Below, in pieces: positions 47,946-56,887 of a stretch of DNA of 64,000 nt. This DNA is from Mesorhizobium sp. (GTDB lineage: Bacteria > Pseudomonadota > Alphaproteobacteria > Rhizobiales > Rhizobiaceae). The notes beneath the pieces were generated by a model. That model had not been told where the DNA came from. It searched no databases and was given only the letters and a program-made list of their open reading frames with translations. Positions within the stretch are counted from its first letter, which is position 1; the number at the start of each line of letters is the position of its first letter. The stretch is taken from NCBI GenBank assembly GCA_049647745.1, contig JBARYG010000002.1, forward strand, positions 13,383 to 77,382. The letters are read 5' to 3'. The position numbers were made by a program, and so were the translations under genes.

Positions 47946-49252
47946 ATGCCATCGATCCGAGTTCTTGCCGTTCTGATCTGTGCCGCCGCAACGTCGATCA
48001 GCCCGATGCCGGCCGCAAGCGAGAACTCCCTCGCCCCGATGCTCACCCGTGTTATCCCAGCGGTTGTCAGCATCTCAGCCGAAGGTGCCATATCCGCAGG
48101 CCAGTCCATTCCGCCTGGCGCTCCGGTCCTGCCTACGGTAGGTTCCGGTTCAATCATCGATGCGGCGAGAGGTCTCGTCCTCACTGACTACCACGTCATC
48201 CAAGGAGTTGGCGCGATCTCGGTCACGCTTTCGGACGGACGCAGCTTCGAGGCAGGGATCGTCGGGACGGATGCCGATTCCGATATCGCCGTTATCAAGA
48301 TCGATGCCAGAGGTCTTTCGGAATTGCCCATGGGAGATTCGGACAAACTCAAAGTGGGCGACTATGTAGTAGCGGTCGGGAATCCGTTTGGCCTTTCCCA
48401 GACCGCTACGCACGGCATCGTCAGCGCGCTTGGAAGAACTGGCTTCGAGACGGAGCCTATGAAGGCTACATCCAGACGGACGCCGCCATCAACCCAGGTA
48501 ATTCCGGAGGCCCCCTGGTCGACCTCGACGGACGTATGGTTGGCGTAAACAGCGCTATCATCGACGCGTCGGGCGGCAGCATAGGGATCGGATTTGCTAT
48601 TCCATCGAACGCTGTAAAGCACATCCTTCCTGAACTGATCGCACATGGAGAGGTCTGACGCGGACAGCTCGGTGTCGTCGTACAGGATCTGACTGCAGAT
48701 CTTGCGGCGGCGCTCCGTGCCAACATGTCGAAGGGCGCCGTCGTCAGCCAGGTGCTTCCCGGTTCCGGTGCGGATGCGGCAGGCCTTGCGCCTGGCGACG
48801 TAATTCTCGCCATCAATGGTCAAGACGTGGCTGATGCCGGTGAACTGCGCCGCTCGATCGGCAACCTCGCGCCGCAGGCGAAAGTCCATGTCACCGCGCT
48901 TCGGGACGGGCGAAAGATCGATCGTGATGCGGAGGTATCGCTGAAAATAAGCGGACCGGCCACCTACCATGGTAGAGGACTTCTCGAATCCGTCTTGCTG
49001 GCCAAAGTGACGTCCGGGTCGCCCGCCTACGGCAAGGTCCAAGGCGCCGCTGTGGTATCCGTCGAACCGGATAGTGCCGCGGCAAGCAGCGGGCTCGTGG
49101 AAGGTGACGTTATCGCGACAATTGACCGGAAGCCGATAGGCGGTCCTGAGCGGGCTGCACGCATCGCGGCCGACCATGCGGACCTGCTTCTCCTCGGAAT
49201 CTACCGAGATGACCAGATGCACTTCGTCGTGGTTCGTCGCGGGAACAGTTGA
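47946..49252 (+). pseudogene. DegP/HtrA-family serine protease with one frameshift (about 48450) and one in-frame TGA (48656-48658)
   Basis: Signal peptide, then ..[30 protein letters not shown]. After the frame change it reads [36 protein letters not shown], followed by two PDZ-like regions to TGA 49250-49252. Confidence 0.8.
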
Positions 49253-49304
49253 TACCGCGCACCAGGATCCTGTGCAGCTTCTGCTCAAGCATACAGGGAC
49301 GGCG

Positions 49305-49382
49305 ATGTACGAGCAGATTCTCATTCCAACGGACGGTTCAAAAACCGCTCAGAGGGAAAAGGCGACGATGCCTTGGCGCTAG
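49305..49382 (+). pseudogene. USP N-terminal remnant
   Basis: MYEQILIPTDGSKTAQ is followed by unrelated sequence and a stop. Confidence 0.5.
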
Positions 49383-49413
49383 GAATCTTTGCGCCAAGGT
49401 TACTCCGCCATAC

Positions 49414-49427
49414 TTGACCAGGGTCAA
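49414..49427. promoter_or_regulatory. Perfect FixK/FNR box TTGACCAGGGTCAA
   Basis: 69 nt upstream of ATG 49496. Confidence 0.7.
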
Positions 49428-49495
49428 TGATGTGTCGGCCGGTGGCCGATAAGGGGAAAAGGACGAAGAGGCCGCAAAAAACTGCAGGACGAAAA

Positions 49496-49900
49496 ATGAT
49501 ACTGCCGAATGACACCACCGTTGCCGTCGTCGATGGCGAAAAGTTGCGCCTGTTCCGCAACAAGGGCGTCGAACCGCACATCCAGTTGGTCGAAGAAACC
49601 GTGGCTGGCGTTCAACCAGCCAACCAGGGCTCGGGCGCACGGCATCGCAGCACGTCCGCTAACCCCGACCGGTGGCGTCTGGAGGAAGACGACTTCGCGG
49701 CGAGCGCGGCAGCATACCTGAACCGGCTGATGCTGGACGGGGAGATCTTCTCGCTGTTCGTCATTGCCGACCCGCGGACGCTGGGGGAATTGCGACGCCA
49801 CTTCCATGACGTGACCAGGGAAAACCTGATCGGCGACTTGGCCAAGGATTTCACCGCCGGCAGCATCGACACGATCGAGGCTGCGCTCGCCAGGGCTTGA
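49496..49900 (+). CDS. Host-attachment protein family (baeRF12, eRF1-like fold) protein, copy 2
   Basis: MILPNDTTVAVVDGEKLRLFRN...FVIADPRTLGELRRHFH. The alignment with copy 1 is collinear. Confidence 0.75.
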   Translation: MILPNDTTVAVVDGEKLRLFRNKGVEPHIQLVEETVAGVQPANQGSGARHRSTSANPDRWRLEEDDFAASAAAYLNRLMLDGEIFSLFVIADPRTLGELRRHFHDVTRENLIGDLAKDFTAGSIDTIEAALARA

Positions 49901-49955
49901 CTCGTCCGGCTGTCCCCAAAAACGACATCGACGCAGTTCGTACGGATGCGCTCCT

Positions 49956-50405
49956 ATGTACACGCATGTCCTCATCCCCACCGACGGCTCAGAGCTTGCC
50001 CAGGCTGGTGTCATCCACGGCCTGTCGCTCGCTAAAGAGCATGGTGCACGGGTCACAGTGATGATGGCGACGGAAGCGCCCGGCGGGCAGTTCGCCTATT
50101 CGAGCGACCTGTGGACGCCGGGCGAGGCCGAAATGGCGGCATACGAACAGAACCAGCACCGAGATGCCGAAGCGATCCTCGCCCCCGTGAAGGCAAGCGC
50201 CGAGCAGCTGGGTCTCGAAATCGAGACCGTCCATGTGCCTGACCGCCGGGCGGCACCGGCCATCCTTGACACCGCGCACAAATGCGGCTGCGACGTCATC
50301 GTAATGGCCTCGCATGGCCGTACCGGGATGAGCCGGGTCATGCTGGGCAGCCATACTGCGGAAGTGCTAACCCAAGCCGATATTCCTGTGATCGTATTTC
50401 GCTGA
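49956..50405 (+). CDS. Universal stress protein (single domain)
   Basis: MYTHVLIPTDGSELAQ...CDVIVMASHGRTG..GSHTAEVLTQADIPVIVFR. Confidence 0.9.
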   Translation: MYTHVLIPTDGSELAQAGVIHGLSLAKEHGARVTVMMATEAPGGQFAYSSDLWTPGEAEMAAYEQNQHRDAEAILAPVKASAEQLGLEIETVHVPDRRAAPAILDTAHKCGCDVIVMASHGRTGMSRVMLGSHTAEVLTQADIPVIVFR

Positions 50406-50521
50406 GAGCGAGCGTGCCGGGACCAAAGGTTGAATTTGATCCTGCAGGAGCGGGCAAAAAGTGTTAGCTATATCAGCAGCCTGAGAGCCCAAGGAGCGGC
50501 TCGCCGAGGCCGGACAAGCAA

Positions 50522-50757
50522 ATGGCCCGAACTAGCGCCAGAATCCTCGCATACCGCAGGAAAGGCCCGAGACCGGAAACCCTTCTCGGTCATCCGGGTG
50601 GGGCATTCTGGAGCCGACGCGATGAAGGTGCCTGGTCCATCCTGAAAGGTGAGCACGAGGAAAGCGGAAACCCGGAAGCCGCGGCGCGACGTGAGTTCAC
50701 CGACGAGTCGGGATGGACGTTGGCGGTGCCGCTGGAGCTGTTCGGCAAGATCAGGCA
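50522..50757 (+). pseudogene. NUDIX hydrolase N-terminal fragment
   Basis: MARTSARILAYRRKG..ETLLGHPGGAFWSRRDEGAWSILKGEHEESGNPEAAARREFTDESGW (Nudix-box-like). Similarity ends at ..LFGKIRQ. Confidence 0.6.
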
Positions 50758-50758
50758 G

Positions 50759-51060
50759 AGTGAACTGGAGGAGCATATGGCGAAGAGGAGGCCATCCTGT
50801 TTCCAGCGATGCGCCAGTGGGCCAAGGGCAGGTTCGACATCCCGAGCGCGGCATTCCGACACGAGCACGACGACCAAGGCACGCAACTGCGGCTGCTCGA
50901 GAGTCTGACCGACGACTTCACCTTGCCCGAAGGCGCCTGCCGTTCCTAGCAAGCGCTCTATGTTGGAGCAGTGCAGCTTTCAGAGGACCCGATGGAACAC
51001 ATCCATCAGGAGAACAACGCCCTGTTCCCCAGGTTCGTGGTAATGGAAAATGTTGCCTAG
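50759..51060 (+). pseudogene. RIC/DnrN/YtfE-type di-iron (hemerythrin-like) repair protein, C-terminal fragment with a frameshift and an in-frame TAG (50947-50949)
   Basis: SELEEHMAK / EEAILFPAMRQWAKG..FRHEHDDQGTQLRLLESLTDDFTLPEGACRS*QALYVGAVQLSEDPMEHIHQENNALFPRF. Confidence 0.6.
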
Positions 51061-51116
51061 CCACTTGGAACGGCCGCCAGGATCGACAGAAGCGGGTCGT
51101 CGGCCTGGTTAGCCTC

Positions 51117-51431
51117 GTGCTGGCAAGATTGGGCGCGATGCTGCTGCTGCCGGCGACGCCTTTCGTCATCCTAGCGGCTTTCTGCTTTGTACACTCGTCG
51201 CCCGTCTTGCATGACCGGCTTCTCAACGGCAGTACGTTTGGCAAGGCGATCCGCGACTGGCGTACCCATCGCGCCATTAGCCGCATGGACAAGACGATGA
51301 GCGTGCTCACTTTGGCGTTGTCGCTGGCCACCTTGCTCGTTATCGCCGTCGATCTTGCCATTATTGGCCCACAGGCACTGGCGGTATCCGCTGCCGCTGC
51401 TTTCATCCTGACCCTCAACACCGCGGCATAG
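51117..51431 (+). CDS. DUF454 (YbaN-like) inner-membrane protein; start uncertain
   Basis: LGAMLLLPATPFVILAAFCFVHSSPVLHDRLLNGSTFGKAIRDWRTHRAISR. GTG 51117 is the first plausible start in frame. Confidence 0.6.
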   Translation: MLARLGAMLLLPATPFVILAAFCFVHSSPVLHDRLLNGSTFGKAIRDWRTHRAISRMDKTMSVLTLALSLATLLVIAVDLAIIGPQALAVSAAAAFILTLNTAA

Positions 51432-51822
51432 GGTCGCCGCTGTGACAGCGACACGCGCGTCTACCAGGTGACATAGAACATCGCCGTGGCCAGGAAAGTA
51501 ACCGGGGATCCAAAAAGCGGTGCCGGGCTTACTTGCTCGCCAGTGCCTCAGGATACTCAGCGTAGGAACGGATACTTCACGAGCGCCGCGACGACGAGCA
51601 CGGCAATCCCGACCAGAACACGAGTTCAGACACCCGCGCGCCACATCACTTCGCTTCCCATCGTCATGTTGTTCGTTTCACTTCTCCAGCACAGATCACG
51701 AGGATGATCGAGCGCCCCTCCCACATGCCAGTCGATAACGCCGATATCGCTCCCTGGTGCGAAGGACGCCGGCGGCGAAGATGTGGCGTCACAATCAACG
51801 TTTGGGAAGCAGGCGCGCTATG

Positions 51823-52212
51823 TCAGAGCCGCTCGATGACGCCCTTCAGCATATCGCGGACCTTGTCGGCGGGACCGCGCAGTGCCGTATTTTCAATCGC
51901 CGACATTGATGCCACGGGGTCGATCGCGGCCACTTCGACGCTTTCTTCACCCAAGTCCTGCACGATGACGTTGCATGGCAGCATGGTGCCCACTTTGTCC
52001 TCGATCTCAAGCGCCTCTCGCGCCATGGCCGGATTGCACGCTCCGAGAATCCGATAGCTCCTGAAGTCGATCCCAAGCTTCTTCTTGAACGTCTCCTTGA
52101 CATCTATCTCGGTGATGATGCCGAAACCGGCGTCCTTCAATGCTGCTGTCGTGTGTTCGACCGCCTCGTCGAAAGAGCAATGCAGCGTTCTGGAAAAGTA
52201 GTAACTCATCAT
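51823..52212 (-). CDS. DUF302 protein
   Basis: MMSYYFSRTL..FDEAVEHTTAALKDAGFGIITEIDVKETFKKKLG..YRILGACNP..A.....KVGTMLPCNVIV. Lies 13 nt downstream of the RND gene. Confidence 0.8.
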   Translation of the reverse strand: MMSYYFSRTLHCSFDEAVEHTTAALKDAGFGIITEIDVKETFKKKLGIDFRSYRILGACNPAMAREALEIEDKVGTMLPCNVIVQDLGEESVEVAAIDPVASMSAIENTALRGPADKVRDMLKGVIERL

Positions 52213-52225
52213 CGTTTCCTTTCTA

Positions 52226-55200
52226 TCAGGTGGAAGTCGTGGTCGGCTCGTTGGTTCCCGTGATTTCAATATTTGAATTTTGCGCGGTCCCATGATCGGT
52301 TCCGCCGCGGAGCGCCACATAGATAGCCGGGATGACGAGCACGGTGAGCAGAGTGGATGAGGCCAGCCCGAACAGGAGAGAAATGGCGAGCCCCTGGAAG
52401 ATCGGATCGGTCAGGATGACAGCCGCGCCGATCATGGCGGCGAGCGCCGTGAGCAGGATCGGCTTGAAGCGGACCGCACCCGCCTCCAGCAGAACATCCC
52501 TGAGCGGCAGCCCGCTCCCTTGCGTATGGCGTATGAAGTCGATAAGCAGGATCGAGTTGCGCACGATGATGCCGGCCAGCGCGATGAAGCCGATCATCGA
52601 TGTCGCCGTAAATGGCGCATGGAACAGCCAGTGGCCGAGCATGATGCCGATAAAGGTCAGTGGAATGGGCGTCAATACCACGAGCGGCAGCTTGAACGAG
52701 CCGAACTGTGCAACGACCAGTATATAGATGCCGAGCAAGGCTACCGCGAAAGCCGCCCCCATGTCACGGAACGTTACCCAGGTGACTTCCCATTCACCGT
52801 CCCAGAGCAAGGTCGGATGTGTCTCGTCAGCCGGTTGCCCGTGTAGACGGATTACCGGCTTTTTGAGGCCGGTCCAACCCATTTTGTCGAGGGCCTTCTC
52901 GACTGCGACCATACCGTAAAGTGGCGCCTCGTATTGACCGGCCAGTTCGCCGATCACCATCTCGGCATCGCGGGCGTTATGGCGGAAGATCGGGTAGGAC
53001 GTCTTCTCTTTGGTCATACGGACGACGTCGCCCAACTCGACAACACCGCGGGCACCTGGTAGCGTATTCGCCGGGACCGGTACGCTCAGATAACGCTCAT
53101 CGACCACTTTATCGCCCTTCGGCCGCTCGATGCGGATAGGGATCGGCTCGCGCCCTTCGCCGCGGTGAGAATAGCCAACGGTCTCCCCGCCTCCCAGGAT
53201 ACGCATTGTCTGGAACACGTCGCTTTCCTGCACGTGGAAGAATTCCAGATCGTCGGTAGAGATAACGGCTCTCAGCCGCGGAGCCTGGGTACCATAGCTG
53301 TCATCGACATCAACGATGAACGGTACAGACTTGAAGGCTTGGCGAACCTTCTCGGCTACCGCACGGCGGGTATTTGCATCCGGTCCGTAGATCTCAGCGA
53401 GCAGCGTCGAAAGTACCGGCGGGCCGGGCGGCGGCTCGACGACTTTCAGCCGAGTGCCGGCCGGGGCCTTTAGCACATCGATCTTCCTGCGAATTTCCTG
53501 CGCGATAGCGTGGCTTTCGCGGTCGCGCTCAGCCTTCGGCTTCAGATTGATAGAGATGTCGCCCTGCCACGATTGAGAACGCAGATAGTAGTGCCGCACC
53601 AGTCCGTTGAAGTCGAACGGCGCGGCGGTTCCCGCATGTGTTCCGACCGACACGACCTCCGGGATCGTCATCACTGTGCGTGCGATCTCCTGAGCTACGG
53701 CGTCAGTCGCCTCAGTCGACTGGCCGTTCGGCAGGTCTATCATGACGGACAGCTCCGACTTATTGTCGAACGGCAGAAGCTTCACTGTCACGTTCTCGGT
53801 GTAGAAAAGCGTCAGCGAACCAAGCGTCAGGGCGCCCACGATGATAAGGAAGACCCAGCTTCGGGTCCGGTTGACGAGAATGGGCCGGGCTGCTGCCTTG
53901 TAGATGCGTCCGAACAGCGTGTCGGGGTTCGCTTCGTCATGATCGGCGAATTGCGCCCGCCCAGCGATCCTCAGCATCAGCCAGGGCGTCACTATGACCG
54001 CCACGAAGAATGAGAAAATCATGGCCGCCGACGCGTTTGCCGGGATCGGGCTCATATAGGGGCCCATCATTCCTGATACGAAAAGCATCGGCAGCAGGGC
54101 GGCAACAACCGTCAGCGTGGCGATGATGGTCGGATTGCCGACCTCCGCTACCGCCTCGATCGCCGCCTCGACGCGGCCGCGGCCGTCGCGCATGACCCAG
54201 TGCCGGGTAATGTTCTCGATCACGACGATTGCGTCGTCGACGAGAATACCGATAGAAAAGATCAGGGCAAACAGGGAGACGCGATTGAGCGTGTACCCCA
54301 TGATCCTGGCAGCGAACAGCGTCAGAAGTATGGTCACCGGGATGACGATTGCGACGACCACTGCCTCGCGCCAGCCAATGGCTAACCAAATGAGGACAAC
54401 AATGGAGATTGTCGCAAGCCCCAGGTGAAAGAGCAGTTCGTTCGACTTTTCGTCGGCAGTCGCTCCATAGTTGCGCGTGACAGCGACATTGACGAAATCA
54501 GGGATGATAGTGCTCTTGAGCTCCTGAACACGCTGCAGAACCTGGTCCGCGACGACGACGGCGTTGGAACCTGCCCGCTTGGCGATTGCCAGCGTAACCG
54601 CCGGGGAGCGAACGACGTTATTGTCTTCACGCTTCAAGATTGAGACAAGCTCGCTCGTCGGCGTGGTGACCAGCGAGACATCAGCGACGTCGCGGACATA
54701 GACCGGCCGGTCATCACGTGTCGTCAGCATCAGCTTGCCGATTTCGTCGGGCGCGGAAAGCGTACGGCCAGCCACGACGCCGATTTCCAATCCCTTGTCG
54801 CGTACTGTTCCAGCCGGAAATGCCATATTGGCGCCGCCGGCCTTGGCGGCAAGCTGTTGAAGCGTCACGCCGTAGAGCGCCAGCTTCTCCAGGTCGGGCG
54901 CAACGCGAATACGCTCGTCGGCTGCGCCGACAAGATAGGTAAGGCCGACATTGTCGATTTTCGCCACCTGGACCCGAAGCGCACGGGCAATCTGGGTCAG
55001 TTGGTTCGACGTCACGGAGCCCGCAAATTTTGGATCGGGCGACAGCGTCAGATCAACGACTGTGACGTCATTGATGCCGCGTCCAACGATCAACGGTTCG
55101 GGGATGCCGACGGGAATCTTGTCGAGATTGGCCCTGATTTTCTCATGCGCGCGCAGAATGGCAGTATCCGCAGAAGTCCCGACCTCGAAACGCGCCGTGA

Positions 55201-55501
55201 CCAGCACGTTGTCGTCGTTTGTCTGCGAGTAGACATGCTCCACGCCATTGATGCCGCGTACTATTCCTTCCAGAGGTTCGGTGATCAGCTTGACGGCATC
55301 TGGCGCCTTCAACCCGTCGGCCCGCACATGGATGTCGACCATCGGCACTGAAATCTGCGGATCCTCCTCTCGTGGCAGCGTGAAAAGCGCGACAAGACCC
55401 ACCGCAAAGGCCGCGATCAGAAAAAGAGGCGTCAACGGCGACCGGATGAAGATGCGGGTCAGATTGCCGGCGATGCCGAGTCCTCCAGACGGCAGTATCA
55501 T
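52226..55501 (-). CDS. RND-superfamily efflux permease (AcrB/AcrD/AcrF-like)
   Basis: 1091 aa with 12-TM architecture and two large periplasmic loops. ATGA overlap with the MFP gene. Confidence 0.9.
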   Translation of the reverse strand: MILPSGGLGIAGNLTRIFIRSPLTPLFLIAAFAVGLVALFTLPREEDPQISVPMVDIHVRADGLKAPDAVKLITEPLEGIVRGINGVEHVYSQTNDDNVLVTARFEVGTSADTAILRAHEKIRANLDKIPVGIPEPLIVGRGINDVTVVDLTLSPDPKFAGSVTSNQLTQIARALRVQVAKIDNVGLTYLVGAADERIRVAPDLEKLALYGVTLQQLAAKAGGANMAFPAGTVRDKGLEIGVVAGRTLSAPDEIGKLMLTTRDDRPVYVRDVADVSLVTTPTSELVSILKREDNNVVRSPAVTLAIAKRAGSNAVVVADQVLQRVQELKSTIIPDFVNVAVTRNYGATADEKSNELLFHLGLATISIVVLIWLAIGWREAVVVAIVIPVTILLTLFAARIMGYTLNRVSLFALIFSIGILVDDAIVVIENITRHWVMRDGRGRVEAAIEAVAEVGNPTIIATLTVVAALLPMLFVSGMMGPYMSPIPANASAAMIFSFFVAVIVTPWLMLRIAGRAQFADHDEANPDTLFGRIYKAAARPILVNRTRSWVFLIIVGALTLGSLTLFYTENVTVKLLPFDNKSELSVMIDLPNGQSTEATDAVAQEIARTVMTIPEVVSVGTHAGTAAPFDFNGLVRHYYLRSQSWQGDISINLKPKAERDRESHAIAQEIRRKIDVLKAPAGTRLKVVEPPPGPPVLSTLLAEIYGPDANTRRAVAEKVRQAFKSVPFIVDVDDSYGTQAPRLRAVISTDDLEFFHVQESDVFQTMRILGGGETVGYSHRGEGREPIPIRIERPKGDKVVDERYLSVPVPANTLPGARGVVELGDVVRMTKEKTSYPIFRHNARDAEMVIGELAGQYEAPLYGMVAVEKALDKMGWTGLKKPVIRLHGQPADETHPTLLWDGEWEVTWVTFRDMGAAFAVALLGIYILVVAQFGSFKLPLVVLTPIPLTFIGIMLGHWLFHAPFTATSMIGFIALAGIIVRNSILLIDFIRHTQGSGLPLRDVLLEAGAVRFKPILLTALAAMIGAAVILTDPIFQGLAISLLFGLASSTLLTVLVIPAIYVALRGGTDHGTAQNSNIEITGTNEPTTTST

Positions 55502-56469
55502 GGCACGATCACGCTTTCACCGGCGACGAGGCCGGTCAGGATTTCCACTGACGGCACGCCGTCAATTGTCACGTGCTCCCCCGGAACGACGACGCGGCTT
55601 ATTTTCTGACCGCCCGCCGCCACCAGGACGAAGTCGAGGCCGGAGCGATGGGCTACCGCCGCCTCGGGCACAATAAGGGCCGACCGCTCGCCAACAGGAA
55701 TATGAACCAAGACACGACGATCGACGTAGCGCGTCTGTAGATCGGGAACCTCGACGTCGGCCGATACGCGGCCGTTTTCGATCAACGGATAGATCTTCGC
55801 CAGCGTCCCAAGGACGGAACCTTTCTCGGTTATGATCTCGAGCTTTGCACCCTCTTCGAGGGCTGCGGCATGGCGCTCGGGCATGGCGAGACGAAGGAAA
55901 AAGCCACCACCCCCGATCGTGGCGAGCGGCTCTCCTGCCATGATAACAGCGTCCCTGGTCACAGGAACCGTCAGCACCAGCCCGCTTATCGGGGCAAGCA
56001 CCTTACCTTCCTTTTGCTGCTGCTCGATCACCGAACGTTGCGCTTCGGTGGCGGCAATCTGGTTCTGGAACACCGCGACCTGTGTACGCATCTGGTCGAG
56101 TTGTTGACTTGTGGTGACGCCGCGAGCGATCAGTTGCTCGGCTCGGCCGAGATTGGTCTGGGCGTTCTGTAGTTGCGAGTGCATCGCCTTTAGCTGCGCA
56201 TCAACTGCCTGGATCTGGAAGTCCAGTTTTTCGTCATGAACGAGTGCGATGACCTGTCCGGATTTGACGGTATCGCCCTCGGTGACGTCGAGTTCGATGA
56301 CAGTGCCACCGATCCGAGCCCGCGCCGGAACCGTCGTGCGCGATTCAACTTGCGCGTAGACGGCCTTCCACTCCGTCAGTGTTGTCGGTTCCAGCTTCAC
56401 GGTCGCCTCTGCAAGAGCGGCTTGGCTCGCAAGCGCCAAGGCGCCGAGTGTCAGGATCACACGTATCAT
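55498..56469 (-). CDS. RND periplasmic adaptor (membrane-fusion protein, HlyD family)
   Basis: Signal peptide MIRVILTLGALALASQAALA, lipoyl-like GDTVKSGQVIA, a coiled-coil segment and a beta-barrel C-terminus. Confidence 0.88.
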   Translation of the reverse strand: MIRVILTLGALALASQAALAEATVKLEPTTLTEWKAVYAQVESRTTVPARARIGGTVIELDVTEGDTVKSGQVIALVHDEKLDFQIQAVDAQLKAMHSQLQNAQTNLGRAEQLIARGVTTSQQLDQMRTQVAVFQNQIAATEAQRSVIEQQQKEGKVLAPISGLVLTVPVTRDAVIMAGEPLATIGGGGFFLRLAMPERHAAALEEGAKLEIITEKGSVLGTLAKIYPLIENGRVSADVEVPDLQTRYVDRRVLVHIPVGERSALIVPEAAVAHRSGLDFVLVAAGGQKISRVVVPGEHVTIDGVPSVEILTGLVAGESVIVP

Positions 56470-56603
56470 TGGAATACCGTCCCCGGCTTGATACCCGGCT
56501 TGCGCGAACCGACGACTGTCGACCTGCCGCCTGGGAAAGCGGGCTGGAGCACGTCCAGCCCAAGGAAGGCGCCGAAAGCGGGAATGTTGTGGTCAAGCGA
56601 CAT
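56466..56603 (-). CDS. Possible 45-aa leader ORF coupled to the adaptor gene
   Basis: AGGGAG lies 7 nt upstream of ATG 56603, and its stop overlaps the MFP ATG (ATGA). MSLDHNIPAFGAFLGLDVLQPAFPGG.. No family recognised. Confidence 0.3.
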   Translation of the reverse strand: MSLDHNIPAFGAFLGLDVLQPAFPGGRSTVVGSRKPGIKPGTVFQ

Positions 56604-56887
56604 AGTCGAACTCCCTGCTTTGGATGACGTCGCAAATCGCTTTTCCGCACTAGATTGCGGGCCTAGGGTGGCGTCGAATCTCGATTGGGTTTGACTGCAG
56701 TTCCCGAGACGTTTCGAATGTCGGGCTGCAACATTACATTCAGACATCACAAACCTACAAATGTCCTGACTTGTATTGGCCATTGCCGGCACCTCGGTCC
56801 GACGCACGCCCCGCGGCAACAAGCGAGGGTATCGGTACCGCGGCATCGCGCGAGTTTCTCGCCAACTGGGAGGAACCGGAGGCATAA

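Noticed and set aside
26398-50949. Idea that the eRF1-like host-attachment proteins promote readthrough of the three in-frame stops (42538, 48656, 50947)
   Set aside because: The same genes also carry frameshifts and truncations that readthrough cannot repair, so ordinary gene decay explains the stops. Purely speculative.
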